Shown one piece after another: positions 38,719 through 48,470 of a stretch of 59,848 nt of DNA. Under the pieces are notes generated by a model, which worked only from the letters and a program-made list of their open reading frames with translations, did not search any database and was not told the origin of the DNA. Numbering within the stretch: position 1 is the first letter of the stretch; the number at the start of each line of letters is the position of its first letter. Source of the stretch: an uncultured Bacilli bacterium (GTDB lineage: Bacteria; Bacillota_I; Bacilli_A; RF39; UBA660); contig CALVIC010000005.1 in NCBI GenBank assembly GCA_944329365.1, positions 1 to 59,848 of the forward strand. The letters run 5' to 3'. A program made the translations under genes and the position numbers.

Positions 38719-38997
38719 ATGAAGAAAACATACAGAACAGAAGAGGAAAAGAAAAAAATCATAACTAGATTAAATATCATTAACGGACAACTTGAAGGAA
38801 TCAAACGCATGATAAGTGATGACGCTTATTGTAACGACGTTTTAATTCAGTTATCAGCTGTCTCAAGTTCCGTTAAAAGTTTATCTAACTATGTTTTAGA
38901 AAACCACTTATATACTTGTATGAAAGATGGAATAAAAAAAGATGACGATGAAGTCATCGAAGAAGTAATTGGTTTATTCAAAAAATTTAATAAATAG
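38719..38997 (+). CDS. csoR: Copper-sensing repressor
   Basis: RLNIINGQLEGI, YC.DVLIQ, HLYTC. Confidence 0.9.
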   Translation: MKKTYRTEEEKKKIITRLNIINGQLEGIKRMISDDAYCNDVLIQLSAVSSSVKSLSNYVLENHLYTCMKDGIKKDDDEVIEEVIGLFKKFNK

Positions 38998-39009
38998 GAG
39001 GAATGAATT

Positions 39010-39213
39010 ATGGAGTTAAATTTAAAAGTTGAAGGAATGACATGTGCAGGATGTGAAAATAGAATAAAAAATTCACTAAAACTTATAGATGGAGTTGAAG
39101 ATGTCACCGCATCTCATCAAACTGGCGAGGTCAAAGTCAAAATAAGCAAAAATAACAAGGACGAAATCATCAAGACAATCGAAGATTTAGATTTTAAAGT
39201 AGTAAAAAAATGA
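39010..39213 (+). CDS. copZ: Copper chaperone
   Basis: GMTCAGC HMA motif. Confidence 0.9.
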   Translation: MELNLKVEGMTCAGCENRIKNSLKLIDGVEDVTASHQTGEVKVKISKNNKDEIIKTIEDLDFKVVKK

Positions 39214-41390
39214 AAAAAATAACCTTATCAGTAGATGGTATGACCTGTAGTGCTTGCTCTGTTGGCCTTGAAAAATATTTAAACAAACAAGATGGCATCA
39301 AAGCCACCTCGGTTAATCTCGTACTTGGAACGGCCACAATCATCTACGATGAAACCAAAGTGAACCTTGATGATTTAAATAAATTCGTATCCAAAGCTGG
39401 TTTTAAAAGTTTAGGTGAATTCAAAGGATTAGAAGAAATAAATAAAAAGAAAAAAATCAAAGTAAATTTAATAATCTTTACTATTTTAATCCTTATATTT
39501 GTTTATCTGTCGATGGGCCAGATGTTAAATCTTCCAGTTCCAAACGCTTTAAATAAAGAAGAAAATCCCACTAACTACGTCATAACTATCTTTACCTTAA
39601 GCACACTCTTTTTAATATATGGTTTTGACATTATCAAAAGTGGCTATAAAAATGCTATCCATTTAACACTCAACATGGATACTCTAATAACCTTAGGTGT
39701 CTTTAGTAGTTTTCTTTATAGCTTGTACAATATGATCTTAATTTTAAATGGCAATTACGATAAAATTCATGACCTTTACTTTGAAAGCTCAGCTATGGTT
39801 ATCTACTTTATTAAATTGGGGCGATACCTTGAAGGCTTATCCCAAAACAAAACCAAAGAAGCCATTAAGAAATTAGTGACCGTTACCCCAGATAAAGCCT
39901 ACTTAAAAGAAAATAATAAAATAAAAGAAATAACCTTAGATGAAATTCAAAAAGGAGATATCTTAGTTTGTCACCCAGGTGAAAAAATCGCCGCCGATGG
40001 AACTATCGTCAGTGGCGAAGCTCACTTAGACGAATCCTTTATCACTGGTGAAAGTGCGCCTCAAAAAAAAGAACTCAACAATAAAGTCATAGCCGGAAGT
40101 ATAAACTATGATGGATATATCGAATATAAAGCCGAAAAATTTGGCAAAAATTCAACTATCTCTGAAATCGTCAAATTAGTAACAGAAGCGAGTAGTACAA
40201 AATCCAAAACTCAAACTCTTGCCGATAAAATATCTAGCTATTTTGTTATCATTATATTTATTTTAGCTATTATCACATTTTTACTTCACTATATAACTGG
40301 AAACACTCTTGGGGAAAGTTTAAACTACTTTATAACAGTTTTAGTAGTTGCTTGTCCTTGTAGTTTAGGCCTTGCTACTCCTGTGGCCATTATCATCGCA
40401 GAAGGTCTGTGTGCCTCTCATGGCCTTGTTATCAAAAAATCGTCAGTCTTTGAAACTGCAAATAAAGTAAAAGCTGTTATCTTTGATAAAACAGGAACTC
40501 TGACTTATGGAAAACCGCGATTTTCCCAAATAGAAAATTATACTGATAAACCTGACGATGAAATACTAAAACTAGTCTCATCAGCTGAAATAAAATCATC
40601 ACATCCCTTAAGCACAGCCTTTAAAAATTATCTCGAAAATAACTATCTTAAACCATATGATTCTAGTGAATTTAAAACCATCCCGGGTAAAGGAATAACG
40701 GCCACCGTAAACGGACAAAAACTAATCATTGGAAACTCGAATTTCTTAAAAGAAAACAAAATTAAAATACCCAAAAACAAAAATAACAATACCTTAATTT
40801 ATGTTTCTATTAACGGCAAACTATCCGCTCTCATCAGTATCAGTGATATCATCAGAAAAGAAGCTCAAGAAGTTATTAAAAAATTAAATAACCAAGGTAT
40901 TCAAACTATTATGTTAACGGGAGACAATGATGCCGTTGCTAAACAAATAGCTTCTTCCTTAAATATCAAAGAGTATTATGCTTCCAAAACACCAAAAGAA
41001 AAAGCTCAAGTAATTCAAAAACTCAAAGAAAAATATGACTATATTATGATGTGTGGTGATGGTATAAATGATTCTGTTGCCCTAACCAAAGCCGACATCG
41101 GCCTAAGTTTAAAAGGAGCCTCAGATATTGCCATTAACTGTGCGGACGTTATCTTAATCAAAGACGACTTAATGGGAATTCTAAATTTACTTAAAGTAAG
41201 TAAAAAAACATTTAGAAAAATTAAGCAGAACTTATTTTGGGCCTTTTTCTATAATTCCCTTATGATTCCAATCGCCATGGGATTAATAAAAGGTTTAACA
41301 ATATCTCCTGTAATTGCCAGTATAGCTATGATGTTTAGCAGTATCTTTGTCGTTTTAAACTCCTTAAGTTTAAACAAAATAAAAAATTAG
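39210..41390 (+). CDS. copA: Cu(I)-exporting P1B ATPase
   Basis: GMTCSAC, TGES, CPC, DKTGT, HP, GDGIND, YN, MMFSS. Confidence 0.95.
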   Translation: MKKITLSVDGMTCSACSVGLEKYLNKQDGIKATSVNLVLGTATIIYDETKVNLDDLNKFVSKAGFKSLGEFKGLEEINKKKKIKVNLIIFTILILIFVYLSMGQMLNLPVPNALNKEENPTNYVITIFTLSTLFLIYGFDIIKSGYKNAIHLTLNMDTLITLGVFSSFLYSLYNMILILNGNYDKIHDLYFESSAMVIYFIKLGRYLEGLSQNKTKEAIKKLVTVTPDKAYLKENNKIKEITLDEIQKGDILVCHPGEKIAADGTIVSGEAHLDESFITGESAPQKKELNNKVIAGSINYDGYIEYKAEKFGKNSTISEIVKLVTEASSTKSKTQTLADKISSYFVIIIFILAIITFLLHYITGNTLGESLNYFITVLVVACPCSLGLATPVAIIIAEGLCASHGLVIKKSSVFETANKVKAVIFDKTGTLTYGKPRFSQIENYTDKPDDEILKLVSSAEIKSSHPLSTAFKNYLENNYLKPYDSSEFKTIPGKGITATVNGQKLIIGNSNFLKENKIKIPKNKNNNTLIYVSINGKLSALISISDIIRKEAQEVIKKLNNQGIQTIMLTGDNDAVAKQIASSLNIKEYYASKTPKEKAQVIQKLKEKYDYIMMCGDGINDSVALTKADIGLSLKGASDIAINCADVILIKDDLMGILNLLKVSKKTFRKIKQNLFWAFFYNSLMIPIAMGLIKGLTISPVIASIAMMFSSIFVVLNSLSLNKIKN

Positions 41391-41406
41391 ACCAAAAGTC
41401 TAATTT

Positions 41407-42531
41407 TTAATTTGTATAACGCATATTTTCATTTGAAATATTAAATATCATCCCCATTGCAATCATGTAACTAAGCAAACTCGAACCTCCATAACTTATA
41501 AACGGTAGTGTAATTCCCGTTATTGGCAGCATTCCAAAAGTCATCCCGATATTTTGAACCTGCTGATAAATAAGCATCCCGACAACCCCGGCAACTACAT
41601 ATTTATTGACAAGTTTGTTAGTCTTTAAAGCTAAATTTATAAGCCTAATATCAAAGTAGGCGAGAAGTGAAAGTAAAACAATCGCTCCGATAAACCCAAA
41701 GTGACTAGCGTAAGCCGCAAATATAAAATCAGTCTCAGCCTCGGGAAAATAAATCGGATTATTAGTAAGGCCATGTCCAAATAAACCAGCCGATCCAATC
41801 GAACTTAAACTGTTTTCAAGCTGATAACCACTTTGATTTGACCAATCAAGAAGTCTATCGACTCTTAAAAAGAAACTAGTTCCAAAAATTTTAATAAACA
41901 AATCTTGACTTATAAAATAAATACCTAAAACTAAAATTATAAAAAATATGCCAATACCAAATATGATTGCAAACCATCTATATCTAATTCCAGAAATAAA
42001 TAACATCACGAATGTAATTAAAAAGTAAATAAGAACAACTCCCGTATCCGGTTGCATAAAAGTTAAAACGCTAGGTAAAAGTAACACTAAAGCTATTTTA
42101 ACTAAAAACATAAATTCTTCTCTAATGCTTGGACTTGGAAAATCTTCGTTAAACTTGGAAATAAGTGAAGCATTTGTAATAATCAATATAATTTTCATAA
42201 ACTCACTTGGTTGAAATGTTCCAATTCCTTTTATTGTGTACCAGCACGTCGCATCATTAATCGACGTTCCAAAGAAAAAGAGTCCGAATAAAGCAAGACA
42301 TCCAATCCCATACAAAATCCACGACATTCGGTAAATAAACGTATTGCCAATCGTCATTACGATATAAATAATCGCGAATCCAGCAATATACCAAATTATC
42401 TGTTTTGGCACTAAATTGTCGACATTTAAAATACTATCCGTTCCGTATAAAGTTAAAACACTAATCGCCGCAAATACTAAAATCGGCAGTAATATTGACT
42501 TATCTATCTTATATTTAGAAATATTCTTCAC
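41407..42531 (-). CDS. SEDS protein (FtsW/RodA/SpoVE family)
   Basis: QPSEFMKI, QPDTG, GYQ, PEAETDFIF, GITLPFISYGGSS. Confidence 0.93.
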   Translation of the reverse strand: MKNISKYKIDKSILLPILVFAAISVLTLYGTDSILNVDNLVPKQIIWYIAGFAIIYIVMTIGNTFIYRMSWILYGIGCLALFGLFFFGTSINDATCWYTIKGIGTFQPSEFMKIILIITNASLISKFNEDFPSPSIREEFMFLVKIALVLLLPSVLTFMQPDTGVVLIYFLITFVMLFISGIRYRWFAIIFGIGIFFIILVLGIYFISQDLFIKIFGTSFFLRVDRLLDWSNQSGYQLENSLSSIGSAGLFGHGLTNNPIYFPEAETDFIFAAYASHFGFIGAIVLLSLLAYFDIRLINLALKTNKLVNKYVVAGVVGMLIYQQVQNIGMTFGMLPITGITLPFISYGGSSLLSYMIAMGMIFNISNENMRYTN

Positions 42532-42642
42532 CCGTATCACCCTATAAATATGATACACTAAACCGTGTCAAGATACAATTATTTATCTAAAAAGTTACAA
42601 AAAAAATCATAATTATAGTATAATATATTTAGGTGATTGAAA

Positions 42643-42954
42643 ATGATTTGGCAATATATAATAATAATTTTAATTTTACTAGTTATCGCTTTTGCAATTT
42701 TAAGAACTAAAAGAAAAGATTTCAAATTAGAAGCTAATAAATTAATTGAATATCTAGGCGGAACGGCTAACATTATTAGATATGAAGTTAATAACTCTCG
42801 TTTCGTCGTTGACCTTCACAACGTCGACTTAGTCGATAAAGAAGGAATCCAAAAAATGGGAGCCAAAGGAATTGTTGAAATCGACAATGAACTTAAAATT
42901 GTTTTTGGTGATGACGCTAAACAGTTAAAGAAAAATATTGACGATTTAAAGTAA
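42643..42954 (+). CDS. Membrane-anchored stand-alone PTS EIIB-like domain lacking the catalytic Cys
   Basis: LGG..NI, NNSRF in place of CxTRL, VD...I.KMGA.G, IVFG. Confidence 0.7.
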   Translation: MIWQYIIIILILLVIAFAILRTKRKDFKLEANKLIEYLGGTANIIRYEVNNSRFVVDLHNVDLVDKEGIQKMGAKGIVEIDNELKIVFGDDAKQLKKNIDDLK

Positions 42955-43019
42955 AAGGCTAAGGCCTTTTTTCATTGACTTATAAACATATTTAATTTAT
43001 AATCAAAATAGGTGATACT

Positions 43020-44432
43020 ATGGAAAAGACAAAGCTAATCGCAACTGTAAACATTACTCCAAGACTAGAAGATCAAGTATATCAGTTCATCAAAATTGGT
43101 ATTGATGTCATTCGTCTAAACATGAGTTATTTAAACCATGAAGACTGTACCAAAATCATTGATATTGTAAACAAAGTTAACAATGAACTAAAGACCAATG
43201 TAGCCATTATGCTTGACTTAGAAGGTCCATGTCCAAGAACTGGCGAATTTGTAAATGGTATGGCTTATTTTAACACTGGAGATAAAATTAGAATTTACAC
43301 AGACCAAATAAAAGGTAACATGACTGGATTTTCTGTCAACTATCCCGAAATAATTAAAGCCCTAAAATTCCATAGCCATTTAAAACTAAGTAAAGGGAAT
43401 GTCGAATTAGAAGTTGTCGAAAAAGGTTTAGACTATGTTCTTTGTGAAGTCTTAAAAGGGGGAGAGGTCTATGACCACTCCAAAATATATCTCTCTGAGA
43501 TAAGCACTAATCGTAAATTTTTGACAAAGGGTGATATTGATGACATTGTATATGCCCATAAAATGAATGTTGATTTTCTAGCAATTTCGGCTGTTAATTC
43601 GTCAGAAGATATTCTTGAAGTAAACGATTTACTAATCGAATTAGAAAATTCTAACATCAGTCTTTTAGCTAAAATCGAAAACCGAAGAGCTGCCGAAGAC
43701 CTTGAAAATATAGTAAAAGTCTCAGATGGCATTATTTTAGATAGAGGCGACCTTGGTATAGATATTCCAGTTGAAAAAGTTCCAAACATTCAAAAGAAAA
43801 TAATCGAAGCCTGTTATGAGGCTAATAAAATGTCAATTATTACGGCCGAGTTTAGTAGTTTTCTTTTGAAAAAATCGGTACCAAATAGAGCCGAAGTTTC
43901 AGACCTTTCTAATCTCGTTTCTGAAGCAATTGATGCAATCATGTTAACTAGCGAAACTACAGTTAGTCTAAATCCGTTGTCTACTGTTGAAACAATAAAA
44001 AAAATAATTAAAGCCTCAGAAGAAAGTATCGATTACAATGACTTTTTCAAAAAATCTCTTGATAAAGACAAAAAAACCATTGCCGGAACAATTTCTTCAA
44101 GTGTTGTTTTAGGCGTTAATGAACTTGGTTGTAAAGCCGTTATTGTAACGACCAATAGGGGTAGAACCGCCAAAATAATTAGTAGCCTCAAACCTCCATG
44201 TCCAATCATTGCCACAACCAGTAACAAATCTGTAGTTAAAAGTCTGCAACTTTGCTTTGGCGTTTTACCTGTCCTTGTCGATAACTACAATATCGACAAC
44301 ATCACATCCAAAGTCAAAGAAGCTGTTCAAGACGAAATAAAATTAAACCCCGGCGATAAAATAATCGTTACCGGTGGATATCCATTTAAAGAACTAAAGT
44401 ATACAAACTTTATGAAAATAGAAGAATTATAA
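43020..44432 (+). CDS. Second, degenerate pyruvate kinase-like protein
   Basis: Collinear with Pyk (RGDLG, RAEVSD, TNFMKIE) but with several active-site substitutions. Confidence 0.85.
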   Translation: MEKTKLIATVNITPRLEDQVYQFIKIGIDVIRLNMSYLNHEDCTKIIDIVNKVNNELKTNVAIMLDLEGPCPRTGEFVNGMAYFNTGDKIRIYTDQIKGNMTGFSVNYPEIIKALKFHSHLKLSKGNVELEVVEKGLDYVLCEVLKGGEVYDHSKIYLSEISTNRKFLTKGDIDDIVYAHKMNVDFLAISAVNSSEDILEVNDLLIELENSNISLLAKIENRRAAEDLENIVKVSDGIILDRGDLGIDIPVEKVPNIQKKIIEACYEANKMSIITAEFSSFLLKKSVPNRAEVSDLSNLVSEAIDAIMLTSETTVSLNPLSTVETIKKIIKASEESIDYNDFFKKSLDKDKKTIAGTISSSVVLGVNELGCKAVIVTTNRGRTAKIISSLKPPCPIIATTSNKSVVKSLQLCFGVLPVLVDNYNIDNITSKVKEAVQDEIKLNPGDKIIVTGGYPFKELKYTNFMKIEEL

Positions 44433-44448
44433 AGGGGAGCGCGTATTT

Positions 44449-46851
44449 ATGTATAACTTAGGTGAACAATTTAAAATAAATATTCAAAGAGGAGTAGCTA
44501 AAGAAAAAAATATCTTAAAAGGAAAAACCTATAGATTTACAGTATTAACTGAAAGACTTATCAGACTTGAATACAATGAAAACGGTAACTTCATCGACAG
44601 TCCTACTGAAAGAGTATTATATCGTGACCTTGAAACGCCGAAATTCGATTTTCAAGATTCACCAAGTGTTTTAGTCATTCAGACATCTTATTTTAAACTT
44701 ACCTACCAAAAAGAAAAAACGTTTGCTGGAAATAAAGTAAGTCCAGATAATAATCTTAAAGTTGAACTGTTAAATACGGACCGAAGTTGGTATTATAATC
44801 ATCCTGAAATCCGTAACTTTGGTATGCCAAACAAAAACTTAAACAGTGACAAAATAACTGAAGGAAGAGGATTATACTCAGCCGATGGAATCGCCAGCCT
44901 AGACGACACTAATTCCTTAATCTATAATTCGGACGGAACCATTTTCCAAAACTCCGAACCCCACATTGATATCTATCTATTCATGTATAATAACGATTAT
45001 GAAGAGGCCCTAAAAGATTATTATAAAATAACAGGTTATCCAGCCTTAGTTCCAAGATATGCTCTAGGTGTTTGGTGGAGCCGTAATCTCGTTTATAACG
45101 ATCTATCCCTAAAAGAATTAATTGATACCTTCGAAAGAGAAGAGATTCCCTTATCAATCGTCGTTCTCGATAAAGATTGGCACGATCGCATTTTATTAGA
45201 TGGTAAACCATTAAAAACAGGCTTTACCTTTAATAAAAAACTATTTAGAAGCCCTCAAGATATGACTAATTATCTTCATAGTAAAAGTATTAGAATCGGA
45301 CTAAATGTCACCCCAAGTGAAGGATTATTCAATGTCGATCCGATGTTTAAAGAAGCTTTAAAATATCTTCAAGCCGATGAAATGGGCAAAATTCCTTTTA
45401 ACACATTTGACCCTAAGTTTGTCGATGTCTATCTCAAATTATACATTCATCCATTAGATAATCTTGGTATAGATTTTTATTGGTTAGATACCCAAAACAT
45501 TGATAATCTTTCCCTAAATATGCTTAAACATTACGAATTTTACGATATGCAAAGAGATTTTAAAAGAAGACCATTACTACTTTCAAACTTAGACCCAATA
45601 TCTCCTCACCGCTATCCAGTAGCTTATTCTGGCAAAACTGACGTAAGTTGGAAAACTCTTGCCAAAACTCCATTTTATAATAACAATACCTTTAACATTG
45701 GCGCGCCATTTATTGCAAATGACGTTGCTGGATATTATAAAGGAACTGAAGATGCCGAATTATACATTAGATCAGTTCAGCTTGCGACATTCTCCCCAAT
45801 CTTAAAATTTGGCTCAGATAGTGGCAAATATTATAAACGCGAACCGTGGCGCTGGGATATCAAAACATATACCATCGTCAAACAATATTTACAGCTAAGA
45901 CATAAATTAATTCCTTATATATATAGTGAAGCTTATAAATATCATAAATTTGGTGATCAACTAATCAAACCACTTTACTATCAAAAGAAAGCTTTTTATG
46001 ATGACGTTAATTACCGAAATGAATATTATTTTGGTAAAGAACTATTTATTGCCCCAATAACAACCCCTAAAGAATCAGTAATGAACGTCGTCATTCATAA
46101 TTTCTATCTTCCAGAAGGAATATGGTATGACTTTGTAACTGGTAAAAAATTCCCAGGCGGCCGTAAATACACTAGCTTCTTCCGTGATCAAGACTATCCA
46201 GTATTTGCCCGCCAAGGCGCAATCATTCCGATGGGGTATAATGATAACTTAAACGATACAACTCCACCAAAAAATATGGAAATAAACATCTTCCCAGGTA
46301 AAAGCAATACCTATACCTTGTTTGAAGATGATGGTGAAAGCGATTTATACCGTAAAGACTTTTACTTGTTAACCCAAATAGATTATAACTATCTTCCAAA
46401 TAACTATAGTTTAATCATTCGTTCAGTAGAAGGTAAAAGTAGTATCGTTCCTGATAAACGAAACTATAAAATTATCTTCCGTAATACAAAACACACAAAT
46501 GGCGTAAACGTTTATAGTAACCGTGATAGTGTTTCATTTAAAACATATATTGATGGACCTAACTTTGTCGTTGAAGTAAATGACGTAAGTACCATTGGCC
46601 AACTTACAATAAACTGTCAAGGAAATGACATTGAAATCGATGCCGTAAGATTAATCAATGACGATATTGAAAGAATCTTAAGTGACCTTCAAATATCTAC
46701 AACCCTTAAAGAAAAAATTGATACAATTCTATTTGGTAAAGAACCTATAAAAAAGAAAAGAATTGCTATCCGTAAATTATCTAAAGACGGCCTAGATAAA
46801 AAATTCATTAAAATGTTCTTAAGATTATTAGAATATATAGATGAAATTTAG
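44449..46851 (+). CDS. GH31-family glycoside hydrolase-like protein (acid/base Asp replaced)
   Basis: PRYALGVWWSR, IPLS..VLD.DWH, DFYWLD, HRYP..YSGK, EPW, LRHKLIPY, EDDG. Confidence 0.88.
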   Translation: MYNLGEQFKINIQRGVAKEKNILKGKTYRFTVLTERLIRLEYNENGNFIDSPTERVLYRDLETPKFDFQDSPSVLVIQTSYFKLTYQKEKTFAGNKVSPDNNLKVELLNTDRSWYYNHPEIRNFGMPNKNLNSDKITEGRGLYSADGIASLDDTNSLIYNSDGTIFQNSEPHIDIYLFMYNNDYEEALKDYYKITGYPALVPRYALGVWWSRNLVYNDLSLKELIDTFEREEIPLSIVVLDKDWHDRILLDGKPLKTGFTFNKKLFRSPQDMTNYLHSKSIRIGLNVTPSEGLFNVDPMFKEALKYLQADEMGKIPFNTFDPKFVDVYLKLYIHPLDNLGIDFYWLDTQNIDNLSLNMLKHYEFYDMQRDFKRRPLLLSNLDPISPHRYPVAYSGKTDVSWKTLAKTPFYNNNTFNIGAPFIANDVAGYYKGTEDAELYIRSVQLATFSPILKFGSDSGKYYKREPWRWDIKTYTIVKQYLQLRHKLIPYIYSEAYKYHKFGDQLIKPLYYQKKAFYDDVNYRNEYYFGKELFIAPITTPKESVMNVVIHNFYLPEGIWYDFVTGKKFPGGRKYTSFFRDQDYPVFARQGAIIPMGYNDNLNDTTPPKNMEINIFPGKSNTYTLFEDDGESDLYRKDFYLLTQIDYNYLPNNYSLIIRSVEGKSSIVPDKRNYKIIFRNTKHTNGVNVYSNRDSVSFKTYIDGPNFVVEVNDVSTIGQLTINCQGNDIEIDAVRLINDDIERILSDLQISTTLKEKIDTILFGKEPIKKKRIAIRKLSKDGLDKKFIKMFLRLLEYIDEI

Positions 46852-46900
46852 AAAGGAGAAAATCCTTTCTTTTTTATGCAACAAAAAAATAATCAAACGA

Positions 46901-48253
46901 TTATCTTAAAATACCCATATAATATTTCCATGAAATTATTCTTAAAGCAAGCTTATCTATTAAATGTGAAGAAATCCTTCCATTGTCAGTGGCTTCTTTA
47001 ATTCCGGCCATACTGCTTTCCCAATCAGTTGTTATAATTAAATCATTACCAGCTAAGACGGCCTTAACCGTTGCTTCCTTAGTATCATCTATTGCCCCCA
47101 TACCTAAATCATCAGTAATAATAATACCCGTAAAACCTAAATTTTCTCTAAGCAAATTGTGTACCTTAGCTGACAGAGACGCCGGATTATCTCCATCAAC
47201 ACTATTTACAATGTTATGACTAACTAAAACAGCTTCAGCACCTGCTTTAATACCCGATTGAAATGGTGGTAAATCATTATTTAAAATATCTTCATAACTA
47301 CGCTCATCTACTGAACTTCCAGTATGTGTATCGCTATTATTACCATAACCTGGAAAATGTTTCAATACATATGTTACACCAAGACCTTTACTAGCCTTAA
47401 TTACCGTTTCTGCATATTCGCTCGTTTTCTCACTATCTTCTCCCAAAGCTCTTGCATACATATAATCATCTGGGTTAGTCGTTACATCGACAACTGGCGC
47501 CAAATTTAAATTAATTCCTAAATCATGTAGTAAATTGCTTTTATTTATTGTATCTTCCTTTATTTTATCAAACCCACCTTCTAAATAAAGCTCTCTAGAC
47601 GATTTGAACGGAGTAGGAGATAACTTCGGATTACTACTTACTCTTATAACCTTGCCACCTTCTTCATCAACCGCCGTTAAAATAGGAATATCTGAAACAC
47701 TTTGTAAATTATTCATCATTTCTTGAACATCACTATAGTTTTTATCCTTAAAATCTTTCGCATAGAAAATATATCCTCCAAACTTATTGCTTTTTAAAGT
47801 TTCCGCTTGATTACTGTCTGGATATCTAACTAATAGTATTTGGGCAATTTTTTCATCTAAGCTCATTTTCTGAATCTTTTCATATGCTTTATTATAATAT
47901 TTTTTAAAAATGCCTTCATCATCCCAAGCCTTAGGTAATTTATCGTCATAAGCAATAACCTTGTGTTTGCCCGCAAACTCATCAGTTTTATCATCTTTCT
48001 TATGTACAAATTCTAGCATATCCCCATTTTGTACCTCACTATTTAAATTTGCCTCTTTAATAATATTTTTACTATCTTGAAGCGTAACTGAACCCTCATT
48101 CTTTGAAATTACACTCGCGTAACTCTTACTTATCTTCTCCTTAGTGACCTTTTTTTCTTCTTTTTTAACCTCTGTTTCTTTATTATTTAACCCCAAAACC
48201 AAAAATAAACCAAGCACGCCTAAAACTAAAGCCAAAATTATAATCTTTTTCAT
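46901..48253 (-). CDS. Membrane-anchored GH3 beta-N-acetylhexosaminidase (NagZ-like)
   Basis: AVDEEGG, NLAPVVD, KHFPGYG..DTH, ITDDLGM. Confidence 0.88.
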   Translation of the reverse strand: MKKIIILALVLGVLGLFLVLGLNNKETEVKKEEKKVTKEKISKSYASVISKNEGSVTLQDSKNIIKEANLNSEVQNGDMLEFVHKKDDKTDEFAGKHKVIAYDDKLPKAWDDEGIFKKYYNKAYEKIQKMSLDEKIAQILLVRYPDSNQAETLKSNKFGGYIFYAKDFKDKNYSDVQEMMNNLQSVSDIPILTAVDEEGGKVIRVSSNPKLSPTPFKSSRELYLEGGFDKIKEDTINKSNLLHDLGINLNLAPVVDVTTNPDDYMYARALGEDSEKTSEYAETVIKASKGLGVTYVLKHFPGYGNNSDTHTGSSVDERSYEDILNNDLPPFQSGIKAGAEAVLVSHNIVNSVDGDNPASLSAKVHNLLRENLGFTGIIITDDLGMGAIDDTKEATVKAVLAGNDLIITTDWESSMAGIKEATDNGRISSHLIDKLALRIISWKYYMGILR

Positions 48254-48394
48254 ATACCTTTTATCCTTTCATAAACATTATACACCAATATCTAAATTAA
48301 TTATTGTCGAAATTATTTTTATACTCTAAAATAATATCTTAAAAATTAATGCAATTTATACATTAGTTTATTGTGTTTTACCCACAAAATTTAA

Positions 48395-48448
48395 CCCCCC
48401 TGAAAGCTTGATTTTTCTGGGAGGGGGGTGTACAATGAAATTGTACAT
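48395..48448 (+). promoter_or_regulatory. Conserved promoter/operator cassette, copy 3 (17-bp spacer, G6)
   Basis: TTGATT 48408, TACAAT 48431, TGTACAAT-gaa-ATTGTACA. Confidence 0.75.
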
Positions 48449-48470
48449 TATATATTAGGAGTGAAGTAAC

